The notes: generated by a model not told the origin, from the sequence alone. Numbered from the stretch's first letter, positions 17,799 through 25,519 are shown. The stretch is DNA of 49,481 nucleotides from Dehalococcoidia bacterium (GCA_050014895.1 JBEKCL010000001.1:1-49481); one strand, 5' to 3'. Translations and numbers: made by a program.

Positions 17799-18524
17799 TT
17801 AAGCCCTGGCCCTGCCCATCGGCATGACACGCATCCCGATGCCAGGGTCCACATCGAAGCTCAGAATGTTGCCGGTATTTTTATCTGCACCTCTCACCTT
17901 GGCAACCTCAAGCACCTTGACCAGCTTATCTCCGACCTCCTCAATTCTTAACCTAAAATGAGCATCGCAGGCAGACCGTATACGGATCAGTACCTGTTCA
18001 TCAATTGCATATGTATGCGTAATGTTGATGATTGTGCGGCCCCCGTCACATAATTTTTTACACTCCTCAAAATAGTCAATTATCTGCTCAACAGACGTAT
18101 GTGCTATAACCGGCGTCAAAGAGTCTACCACTATCAGCTTGTAAGTCGGATAGGCCATTATTCCGGATATAATCGTCGAGAATGTATTCATTGCCTTCAT
18201 TTTCGAGGCTTCCACCTGGAAGATCTTTATCCAGCCGAGCAGCAGGGAATCCAAGATGCCCAGACCAAGGCTTTCCATCTGGGAATGCATACTCTTGACA
18301 GTGTTCTCCGTGGTGAAAAGCAACACCCTGTGGTGCGCACTCAGGGCGCCCCACATCATCTGCTGTGATAGCACTGATTTGCCAGCGTCGGACTGTCCCT
18401 CAATCAGGGTTAAAGAACCCACGGGGATTCCTCCACCAAGCCTCTTATCAATCTCGGAGTGCCCCGTACAGATTATTTCGTCTTGCGACCGTTCTTCTTC
18501 GTCAGATGATAGTATTTTGGTCAT
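17799..18524 (-). CDS. arlH: ArlH (FlaH), KaiC/RecA-like ATP-binding archaellum protein
   Basis: IDKRLGGGIPVGSLTLIEGQSDAGKSVLSQQM (KaiC-like Walker A). 241 aa. Located between the ArlF/G-family genes and arlI. Confidence 0.8.
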   Translation of the reverse strand: MTKILSSDEEERSQDEIICTGHSEIDKRLGGGIPVGSLTLIEGQSDAGKSVLSQQMMWGALSAHHRVLLFTTENTVKSMHSQMESLGLGILDSLLLGWIKIFQVEASKMKAMNTFSTIISGIMAYPTYKLIVVDSLTPVIAHTSVEQIIDYFEECKKLCDGGRTIINITHTYAIDEQVLIRIRSACDAHFRLRIEEVGDKLVKVLEVAKVRGADKNTGNILSFDVDPGIGMRVMPMGRARA

Positions 18525-18679
18525 CTTATCCCCTTACCAAATTTGCTTTTCCATACTTTTACCAACCAAATGCAAGCTCACTTTTAGCCCCATTGGGAGT
18601 TACCACTGTCGCCAGGTTAGTCGTGTTTTCAGTGGCTGCCGGTGATAGTTTTATTACTATCCGCATGTCCTCACCCGGG

Positions 18680-19057
18680 TCAAGAATATTGGGTCCGTAA
18701 ATCTCCGGACGTCCTTGAAAAAAAAAAGCCGCCGGTCTGCCAGCCTGGAATTGCCGCTGAATATGGTATCCAATCCGTACTTCCGTTCTGGTAACGGACT
18801 ATCACATCCCATGCGCTATAATTCTTTAGTGATGTCCTACCGCTGTTGTGAATGTACATCGTGACCGTTGAGCCGCTATCGGTGGTAGTACTGTTTTCAC
18901 ACGTAATACCTGTGCCAATAATATCCCTCGACATCACTTGTTGCTGCCTAAGTGCGTCTGACATATTATTTATAGCATTCAACGCACTCATCGATAGGGA
19001 CAGAGCGCCAATAATCAGCAATGCGATGCAAACGAGTGTGATAGCGAAATTTTCCAT
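18680..19057 (-). CDS. ArlF/ArlG-family archaellum stator protein, apparently truncated by a frameshift at an A10 tract. The frame-corrected gene would span 18559-19057.
   Basis: N-terminal TM helix FAITLVCIALLIIGALSL followed by a beta-rich domain. The +1 frame after the homopolymer reads FFQGRPEIYGPNILDPGEDMRIVIKLSPAATENTTNLATVVTPNGAKSELAFGW*, which parallels the C-terminus of the neighbouring paralog. Confidence 0.6.
   Translation of the reverse strand: MENFAITLVCIALLIIGALSLSMSALNAINNMSDALRQQQVMSRDIIGTGITCENSTTTDSGSTVTMYIHNSGRTSLKNYSAWDVIVRYQNGSTDWIPYSAAIPGWQTGGFFFSRTSGDLRTQYS
18718..18727. repeat. A10 (T10 on the coding strand) homopolymer at the frameshift point
   Basis: Direct reading of the plus strand: ccttgAAAAAAAAAAgccgcc. 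Confidence 0.95.
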
Positions 19058-19075
19058 GATGCTCCAATACTTGCA

Positions 19076-19540
19076 CTAAAAACTATAAATATCCTGGTCC
19101 GAAATACCATTCGGAAGCACGATTTTAAAATAATATGATCCAGAGGGCGCCGATGCTAGAGAAATGATAATTTTCACGGTAGCCGTGGGGCCCCATTCAG
19201 TGCCATTTTCAAGGGAGTAACCCCAACTCGGTATGGTTGCGCCCGTTTGATCATAAGGAATCCGTGCAAAATTACCTTCGGGACCGAAAAAAACATCGCT
19301 GCCGCTTATTCCGCTAATGTGGGAAGCGCCGATATTTTTGATCCATGCATATACGTTACTGCCGCTATTGGATACCTCTATTATCTGCACCTGGCAGCGG
19401 ATTCTATCGTCGATTTTGCCGCTCGCATCAGCAATTGCCCCTGTGCTTTGCGTAATCGCCGGCATGATGGCATTGATAACAACCATGCAGCAGACGACAC
19501 CTCCGATAATAAGAAGGAGCGTTACAAGAACCTTATCCAC
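19076..19540 (-). CDS. ArlF/ArlG-family archaellum stator protein (154 aa)
   Basis: N-terminal TM helix VLVTLLLIIGGVVCCMVVINAI followed by a beta-sandwich-like region ending TVKIIISLASAPSGSYYFKIVLPNGISDQDIYSF. The F versus G assignment cannot be made by eye. Confidence 0.6.
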   Translation of the reverse strand: MDKVLVTLLLIIGGVVCCMVVINAIMPAITQSTGAIADASGKIDDRIRCQVQIIEVSNSGSNVYAWIKNIGASHISGISGSDVFFGPEGNFARIPYDQTGATIPSWGYSLENGTEWGPTATVKIIISLASAPSGSYYFKIVLPNGISDQDIYSF

Positions 19541-20393
19541 GGTTGGACTCCTTCATCATCGAGAGGATCGACAGCAGGGCATTATCCTGGATCTGCTCAC
19601 CGCCCATCAGACTTTCAAGCTGGGCCAGCGTAGCAAGGTAATCCGTAGCAGTTGGGGACTGCGTACTGGTCGATTCATAACGTGATATACGTACCATCCT
19701 GATCAGAACGTCCTTAATATTCTCAGGAATCCGCCCCATGGCGGTTGACATTTCCACCAGCGCTTCAGTCCTGTCTTTTCCCAACTTGGCTGAAGCCTGG
19801 TCAACCCACTGGGTTAGACCGGCAATTACTACCAGGTCAGCGCGGGTGCCGCTCATTAAGGCATTTGGACTCTTTTTCTTACCGTTTTTCGGAGTCACCG
19901 GCTTTGTGTTGGCCAGAATGTCGTCTTCTTCGGACTCATCAGAATCATTCTTTCCTTTCTTCTTGCCCTTGCTCTTCTGTAGCTGCTCTTCTTCATCTTC
20001 CTCAGGCTCCGTCTCCGCTGACGGACCTGGCCCGTCAGAGGGACCTGCCCCCGGAAGGTCCATCGTCGGTCCCTGAAAACCTGGCTTCTCAGCTCCTGTG
20101 CCTGCAGATAGGTCGGTAAATGGATTGCCAAAGGAAAGACCGGCGTCCGGCATGTCTGCAGATGCGGAAACCGTATTGTCGCCGGCCAGGTCAAATTCCT
20201 CCGTTGGTACCTCAGGCTGTTTTTCCTTTTGTTCGGGGTTAGCTCCTGCGGGTGGCGTGCCCGTATTGTTGAAATTAAAGGGGTTCTGTATATTAAGGTA
20301 CTGTTCCCTGATATCGAGTAAGATCGTCTTGACCTCATTTTTCAGGATTTTCAGTTCCTCTTCCATCAGTTTTATTCTTTGTTCTTCATTCAT
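19533..20393 (-). CDS. Archaellum accessory protein, ArlD/E-like (alternatively ArlX-like): N-terminal coiled coil, long acidic/Pro-rich disordered linker, conserved C-terminal domain
   Basis: MNEEQRIKLMEEELKILKNEVKTILLDIREQY (coiled coil). C-terminal LTQWVDQASAKLGKDRTEALVEMSTAMGRIPENIKDVLIRMVRI resembles the FlaD/E domain pattern (W.d.l....G.....l.....g.I.e.....L). Positioned between the archaellins and the ArlF/G genes. It overlaps the next gene by 8 nt. Confidence 0.45.
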   Translation of the reverse strand: MNEEQRIKLMEEELKILKNEVKTILLDIREQYLNIQNPFNFNNTGTPPAGANPEQKEKQPEVPTEEFDLAGDNTVSASADMPDAGLSFGNPFTDLSAGTGAEKPGFQGPTMDLPGAGPSDGPGPSAETEPEEDEEEQLQKSKGKKKGKNDSDESEEDDILANTKPVTPKNGKKKSPNALMSGTRADLVVIAGLTQWVDQASAKLGKDRTEALVEMSTAMGRIPENIKDVLIRMVRISRYESTSTQSPTATDYLATLAQLESLMGGEQIQDNALLSILSMMKESNRG

Positions 20394-20412
20394 GTTATTA
20401 CCCCTTTTTCGG

Positions 20413-20442
20413 AGTGGGCATCCGTTTTAGCGGATGCCCACT
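20413..20442 (-). terminator. Perfect 12-bp stem-loop between archaellin 2 and the accessory genes (possible partial terminator or mRNA stabiliser)
   Basis: AGTGGGCATCCG (20413-20424) pairs with CGGATGCCCACT (20431-20442) around a 6-nt loop. There is no strong U-tract on the coding (minus) strand. Confidence 0.4.
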
Positions 20443-20491
20443 TTTCACATTACCACCTGTAAAGCAGTAGCTATTCTATGTATATTTATGC

Positions 20492-21106
20492 TTAGTGGAG
20501 ATCCATAACCTGTGCGATTGCCGGAGGCAGAGTCCTCTGGATGGTGATAGTGGAACCGAGGGATGGTTTTACCTGTACGCTAAACGTCAAGTTGGCCCCG
20601 AGATCTGAGTCCAGGCTTAAAGCTGAGACATCAATGGTGACTTCACACTGCTCACCGGTCTCAAGAAGGTTGTTGCCGTTATCATCACCGATGAAATGCG
20701 TTGACCATGCAATGTTGTTCAGGTAAGTATCAGAAGTAGTGAGGCTGATCACGCATTTGTTAGCACCTGCTGTGGCTCCGGAGTTGGGAGTCATGTCAAT
20801 CGGGTTTCCGGCTATAGCATTTTTGACGGTGAACTTGATCTTGTCAAGCTTGGTAGGGGGGTTGGTGGCATTATCGCCCAGGCCTATAACCGAGCCGGAA
20901 AGCTCCATGTTGCTCTTGGCTTCGTTCAAGCCAGCGTAGATGGTTTCCTTGGCCCTCTCAGCCGAGAAGAGGCCCGCACTCAGTACTGCATAGCCGAATA
21001 CGGCTGCAACTGTTACGAAGGCGATCAATATGATGGCGGTCTCAAGGCCGGTCATACCTTTTTCTTCCCTTCCCAGGTTGCGCATTGCTTTGAATAACTT
21101 AATCAT
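20492..21106 (-). CDS. arlB: Archaellin (archaeal flagellin, class III signal peptide), copy 2, 204 aa
   Basis: N-terminus MIKLFKAMRNLGREEKG/MTGLETAIILIAFVTVAAVFGYAVLSAGLFSAERAKE, the archaellin hydrophobic N-terminal helix. AGGAGG RBS. About 80% identical to copy 1. Confidence 0.85.
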   Translation of the reverse strand: MIKLFKAMRNLGREEKGMTGLETAIILIAFVTVAAVFGYAVLSAGLFSAERAKETIYAGLNEAKSNMELSGSVIGLGDNATNPPTKLDKIKFTVKNAIAGNPIDMTPNSGATAGANKCVISLTTSDTYLNNIAWSTHFIGDDNGNNLLETGEQCEVTIDVSALSLDSDLGANLTFSVQVKPSLGSTITIQRTLPPAIAQVMDLH

Positions 21107-21143
21107 TTGTTTCCTCCTTATTTGTCCTGAATTAACACTATAC

Positions 21144-21755
21144 TTAGTGCAGGTCCATCACTGGTTCGATAGCGGGAGGCAGTTGCCTCTGGATGGTGAT
21201 AGTGGAACCCAGGGACGGTTTTACCTGCAGGTTGAACGTATCATTGGCCCCAAGTGGAGTAGAGAGGGACATACCATCACCCAGGGACGTGAGATCAACA
21301 GTGATTTCACACTGCTCGCCGGTCTCAAGAAGGTGATTGCCGTTATCAGCGCCGATGAAAGCCGTTGTCCATTTAATATTGTTCAGGTAATCATTTGCTG
21401 TAGTGAGGCTGATCACGCATTTGTTGGTGGAGCCGGCGGAGCCGGTGCATTCGGTCAGGTCGATCGGATTTCCGGCAATGGCGTTCTTAACAGTGAATTT
21501 GATACTGGTAAGGTTGTCGCCTGTGCCCACGCCTATGACAGACCCCGAAAGTTCCATGTTGCTCTTGGCTTCGTTCAAGCCGGCATAGATGGTTTCCTTG
21601 GCCCTCTCAGCCGAGAAGAGTCCTGCACTCAGTACTGCATAGCCGAATACTGCTGCAACTGTTACAAAGGCGATCAATATGATGGCGGTCTCAAGGCCGG
21701 TCATACCTTTTTCGCCCCTGTGCAGATTCTGCATTGTCTTCATTAACTTAATCAT
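21144..21755 (-). CDS. arlB: Archaellin (archaeal flagellin, class III signal peptide), copy 1, 203 aa
   Basis: MIKLMKTMQNLHRGEKG/MTGLETAIILIAFVTVAAVFGYAVLSAGLFSAERAKE. The termini are near-identical to copy 2 and the middle diverges. Confidence 0.85.
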   Translation of the reverse strand: MIKLMKTMQNLHRGEKGMTGLETAIILIAFVTVAAVFGYAVLSAGLFSAERAKETIYAGLNEAKSNMELSGSVIGVGTGDNLTSIKFTVKNAIAGNPIDLTECTGSAGSTNKCVISLTTANDYLNNIKWTTAFIGADNGNHLLETGEQCEITVDLTSLGDGMSLSTPLGANDTFNLQVKPSLGSTITIQRQLPPAIEPVMDLH

Positions 21756-21937
21756 TTATTTATTTTCCTCCTTATTTGGTTGATTGCACTTTTTGTTTTT
21801 ATTTGCCGTGTTCCTTTAATTAATTGTATGGTGTCGTCCCGGATAGGCCTTCACCTCCTGAAGATTTCGTTTATGTTTATTCACATTGAACTTGTATCCA
21901 CCTCCTTGTGGTTATCTCAAGTAAAGTGTTCGTAAAC

Positions 21938-22402
21938 CTATAATTTAACAAGTGTAAAATTGCTCCCCTGCTGAAATAAGACCATGCGCCAGAGATGTAC
22001 AATGCGGATTGCGCCAATAAGATCATTGCGTCCAACATCACCGGAAAGAAAACCGGATGCCCCATTTTCGATCGCCGGTACAAGGAAGTTCTGCTGGTCA
22101 TTAAGAACAATAATTCCCACCAGTGGTGAACATTCCTTTATGTATGAAATTACTTTAGTGCTGTCAGTTCCCCGCAGGCTGCCATCCAGGATAACAATAT
22201 CCGGGGTGATCTTCTCCACCAGCTCCAATGCCTCTTTCCCGTTGCGGGCCTCAGCTACCACTTTTATACTTTCATCGCCGGCGAGCATATGGCGGATGCC
22301 TTCTCGCATGGCCTCACTGCTGTCAACCACCAATACACGAATCGCGTCTTCAACAAGGCTGCCTGTTGACTCTGTAAATACGCTCGAAGACCGTGTAATC
22401 AT
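21938..22402 (-). CDS. Stand-alone receiver (REC) domain protein with degenerate active-site residues and no output domain (154 aa)
   Basis: IRVLVVDSSEAM (DD becomes DS), DIVILDGSL (acceptor Asp retained), IIVLNDQ (T/S becomes N), GASGFLSGD (conserved Lys becomes Ser). It is paralogous to the REC domain of the NarL-type regulator but ends without an HTH. Confidence 0.6.
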   Translation of the reverse strand: MITRSSSVFTESTGSLVEDAIRVLVVDSSEAMREGIRHMLAGDESIKVVAEARNGKEALELVEKITPDIVILDGSLRGTDSTKVISYIKECSPLVGIIVLNDQQNFLVPAIENGASGFLSGDVGRNDLIGAIRIVHLWRMVLFQQGSNFTLVKL

Positions 22403-22446
22403 GACCCTCCTATTGTTATTTGATACTCTCTATTCGTAATCCCCTG

Positions 22447-22502
22447 TTTTGTACTATTTTGTCATGGACGGACTGTAGCGGTAAGCCCCAAATAGTACAA
22501 AA
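22447..22502. promoter_or_regulatory. 13-bp inverted repeat TTTTGTACTATTT / AAATAGTACAAAA with a 30-nt spacer, upstream of the degenerate REC gene
   Basis: The arms lie at 22447-22459 and 22490-22502. Each arm is followed by a direct GTCATG(G/A)C element. It sits between the terminator at 22578-22605 and the start codon at 22402. Confidence 0.35.
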
Positions 22503-22577
22503 GTCATGACCGTACTAGCTCATTAGTTTGACACCATGCTGGTGGACGGGCGGTTTGATTAATTAAAAAAAGAGGAA

Positions 22578-22605
22578 ATAAAAAAAGCCCTTTTTCAAGG
22601 GCTTT
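22578..22605 (-). terminator. Rho-independent terminator after the NarL-type regulator
   Basis: The stem AAAGCCCTT (22584-22592) pairs with AAGGGCTTT (22597-22605) around the loop TTTC. On the minus strand it is followed by TTTTTTTATTTCCTCTTTTTTT. Confidence 0.75.
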
Positions 22606-22627
22606 CAGTGGAACTATTTATGGGGTA

Positions 22628-23272
22628 TCAGAGCATGTTTCTGCGGTAGGCCTCGGCCACTGCCTGTGTGCGGTCCACTGCTTCCAACTTGTTGAAAATA
22701 GTATTGGTTTCCCTTTTAACGGTCGCTTCGCTTACACACAACTTGCCCGCTATTTCCCTGTTCGTTATGCCGGCGGCAACCAATCTGAGTATGTCAAGCT
22801 GCCTGGGCGTCAACAGCGAATTACGGCTCAATTGGGCTACGTTGCCGAACTGCGTAAACAGGGTACGCGTGACCGAAGGAGCAAAGGGGGATTGACCTTC
22901 AAAGGCCAATTTGATTGACCTTGATAACTCTTCACGTCCAATATCCTTCAACAAATACCCCACCGCACCGGCTTCCGCCGCCTGGGCAAGGTACTTATCT
23001 TCGTAGACAGTCAGGATAATAATATTCGCCTTACACTCTTTGGCCTTTAACTGCCGGGTCGCCTCAATACCACCCATGCCGGGCATCCGCACATCCATTA
23101 ATATAATGTCAGGTCCCCATTCATCTGCTTTAACAAGGGCATCTTCGCCGGATGTAGCTTCTCCAATCACCTCGATCTCATCGTCTAACTCCAGCATCCG
23201 CCTGAGTCCCTCGCGCACCAGTTGCTGATCGTCTACCAGCATTACTCTAATCGATTTATTATTATTACTCAT
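22628..23272 (-). CDS. NarL/FixJ (LuxR-type HTH) response regulator. An alternative GTG start lies at 23290.
   Basis: IRVMLVDDQQLVREGL, ILMDVRMPGMGG, IIILTVYED, GAVGYLLKD. C-terminal LTPRQLDILRLVAAGITNREIAGKLCVSEATVKRETNTIFNKL. The ATG at 23272 overlaps the kinase stop by 8 nt. Confidence 0.85.
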   Translation of the reverse strand: MSNNNKSIRVMLVDDQQLVREGLRRMLELDDEIEVIGEATSGEDALVKADEWGPDIILMDVRMPGMGGIEATRQLKAKECKANIIILTVYEDKYLAQAAEAGAVGYLLKDIGREELSRSIKLAFEGQSPFAPSVTRTLFTQFGNVAQLSRNSLLTPRQLDILRLVAAGITNREIAGKLCVSEATVKRETNTIFNKLEAVDRTQAVAEAYRRNML

Positions 23273-24866
23273 TTCCCGCCATAATCGCACTAGTCATCGT
23301 ATTCTCACTGGACCTTGATATAGGCAACGTCACAAATATTTTCGTGCCATTGCCAGGGGCAGTATCTACATCCATTCTGCCCCCCAGCATTTCAGCCCTT
23401 TCTCTCATAGTAATCAAACCTATACTGCTTTTCGCCACTTTGTCGCTTAAAGCTCCCGCCAGGTCAAAACCCTGACCGTCATCGATAACTTCAACGCTTG
23501 CATATTCTAAATCAAACTTTAGAACAAGGTCAACGTGGGACGCTTTGGCATGTTTCCTTATATTATTCATTGCCTCTAGTATTATACGGTAAATACTGAC
23601 TTCTTGTATTAATGATAGGCTGTTCATGCTGCCCACAATGCGGAAATCGCACCTGACCCCGTTTTCTCTGTTGAAACCCTCTACCTGCCTCCGCAGCGCT
23701 TCAATCAACCCAAGCTCAGCCAGCGCAATGGGATGAAGATCGAGAATTATACGTCTGAGTTCCTTGACACTCTGATTAAGTATATTGTTAGTGCGTTTTA
23801 TCTCATTGAGCGTATCTTCCCGCCGTTCCGATGTGAGATACGCTTCACACAATTGCATACCATAAGAGGCGCTTACCAGCCATTGGGCAAGTCCATCATG
23901 AAGCTCTGATGAGATCCTTCTACGTTCATCCTCCTGGGCCGTCAAAGATTTCTTTAAAAACCTCTCCAGGTTCCTCTGCTGCATTTTTACACTGTCGAAC
24001 AATGTCGCATTTTCAATAGCTATGGCAGCCTGGCCGGCCAGGATATACAAAAGCTCAAGATCACCCTCTGTAAACGGGGTTCGTGAAGTAATTTTGCTGC
24101 AATTGATTACACCAATTACCTTTTTCTTTAATAAAAGAGGTACACACAACGAGGAAACCACTTCGGGGTTTCCAGTGAGCTTGATCTGCTTTGCCTCACC
24201 ATTAAGTAATATGGCGCGCCCTGTTTCAACGACTGACCAGGCAATGCTATCATCGGATATTTCTTCACCTTTACCTATCAGCTCACCGGGCAGGCCGATC
24301 GCAGATTTAATAATTAATTGTTGCGATAATTCGTCCATCAGCATCAGAGATACCCTGTCAGCCCTTGTTTCGATGCACACAAGATTCACGATCCGGTTAA
24401 AAATTTTATCTGCATCGAGTTCAGACACCAGGGATTTATTCAACTCGAACAAAGGCAATAGAGTTTTCAGCCGCATGTTTTCTTTGGCCAACCGGCTTCG
24501 CTGCAACACCTCTTCCACTATTTCTTTGAGATTCTTATGGTTCACGGGTTTTTCAAGTATTGCCTGTGCCCCTGCCTGGAATGCTTTAATAAGCAATTCA
24601 GGAGAGTCATTTTGAGTCATCACGATGACACCGATTTCAGGGCTTAAAAAACGTGCCCTGTGAAGTACCTCAAGGGCATTACTTTCGCGGATGGATAAAT
24701 TAAAAATCAGAACGTCAACGTTTTTCTTTTGAATAATAGATAAGGCTTCCGCACAGGAGTCGGTTTTGACGACAGCGAAACCTTCACCGGATAAAATATT
24801 CTTAATAGTCGATGCAGTGGAACGGTCATCATCAACTAAAAGAATATTTTCCTTATACATTACCAA
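23265..24866 (-). CDS. Hybrid sensor: REC, GAF, HisKA_3 (NarX-type) histidine kinase, HATPase_c (533 aa, cytoplasmic)
   Basis: ILLVDDDRSTA...LIFNLSI (REC-like). GAF-like segment DRVSLMLMDE...LCVPLLLKKKVIGVINC. H-box RRRISSELHDGLAQWL. HATPase segment EAMNNIRKHAKA...DDGQGFD. Confidence 0.85.
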   Translation of the reverse strand: MVMYKENILLVDDDRSTASTIKNILSGEGFAVVKTDSCAEALSIIQKKNVDVLIFNLSIRESNALEVLHRARFLSPEIGVIVMTQNDSPELLIKAFQAGAQAILEKPVNHKNLKEIVEEVLQRSRLAKENMRLKTLLPLFELNKSLVSELDADKIFNRIVNLVCIETRADRVSLMLMDELSQQLIIKSAIGLPGELIGKGEEISDDSIAWSVVETGRAILLNGEAKQIKLTGNPEVVSSLCVPLLLKKKVIGVINCSKITSRTPFTEGDLELLYILAGQAAIAIENATLFDSVKMQQRNLERFLKKSLTAQEDERRRISSELHDGLAQWLVSASYGMQLCEAYLTSERREDTLNEIKRTNNILNQSVKELRRIILDLHPIALAELGLIEALRRQVEGFNRENGVRCDFRIVGSMNSLSLIQEVSIYRIILEAMNNIRKHAKASHVDLVLKFDLEYASVEVIDDGQGFDLAGALSDKVAKSSIGLITMRERAEMLGGRMDVDTAPGNGTKIFVTLPISRSSENTMTSAIMAGNE

Positions 24867-24917
24867 GCCTTAACAACAATTCCATTTACCTCAATATAAC
24901 ATAACTAAATAACTATT

Positions 24918-25487
24918 TTATTTTTTCTTAGGCCACCACCCCCACCAGTTCTCCTGTCCACATTTTGTGCATTTCACCTTTATTGCCACTACGCCTACCG
25001 ACCCGCATGAGCTGCAATTAAAGATTTTATTAACGTTGTATCCGGCCGTGCCCCTCAATCCTTCGGATATGACTTCTACCTGGCTGCTTACGTTCTGTAT
25101 TTGTTGTATGGCCGCCTTCAGTGCAGCAGGGTTAGCCTGAGCAGCGGGGCTGCCGGCACTATTTTCCAATTTGGACACCATAAGTTCCAGGCGGGAGAGC
25201 CGGTTTACTATTTCGCCCACCTGTTCATGCAGAGACTTAATATCACCTGCTGCAATGCATTCATCAGCACTGTGTCCGCTGTGCGCCACTGGTTCAGGGG
25301 CACCTTTAGCCTGTATACTTGCAACACTGACTTTCTGAACATTAGGTAAAGGCGGCGTAGCCGAAACTGTTTTTACCGGAGCACTATTGCCGGGTACGAT
25401 TTTATGTGCAGGCGCCGGCTTGGCGGCAGTTTTGCCCACCATGGCGTCAATGTCTTCTTGCGATAACATTTTACTTGTATCGTCCAT
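24918..25487 (-). CDS. Uncharacterised 189-aa protein: FliM-like LSQxxIDA N-terminal peptide, Pro/Ala-rich linker, coiled-coil-like segment, C-terminal CxxC-x14-CxxC zinc ribbon
   Basis: MDDTSKMLSQEDIDAMVGK..., IKSLHEQVGEIVNRLSRLELMVSKLENS, ...FNCSSCGSVGVVAIKVKCTKCGQENWWGWWPKKK. Short gaps to the flanking genes on the same strand. Confidence 0.6.
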   Translation of the reverse strand: MDDTSKMLSQEDIDAMVGKTAAKPAPAHKIVPGNSAPVKTVSATPPLPNVQKVSVASIQAKGAPEPVAHSGHSADECIAAGDIKSLHEQVGEIVNRLSRLELMVSKLENSAGSPAAQANPAALKAAIQQIQNVSSQVEVISEGLRGTAGYNVNKIFNCSSCGSVGVVAIKVKCTKCGQENWWGWWPKKK

Positions 25488-25519
25488 TGCTCACCTTCAT
25501 TCTTAATTCACGCCGTCTT

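Noticed and set aside
21030-21746. A 238-aa plus-strand ORF spanning both archaellin genes
   Set aside because: It is a shadow ORF antisense to two strongly supported archaellin genes. It has no RBS and its composition is implausible.
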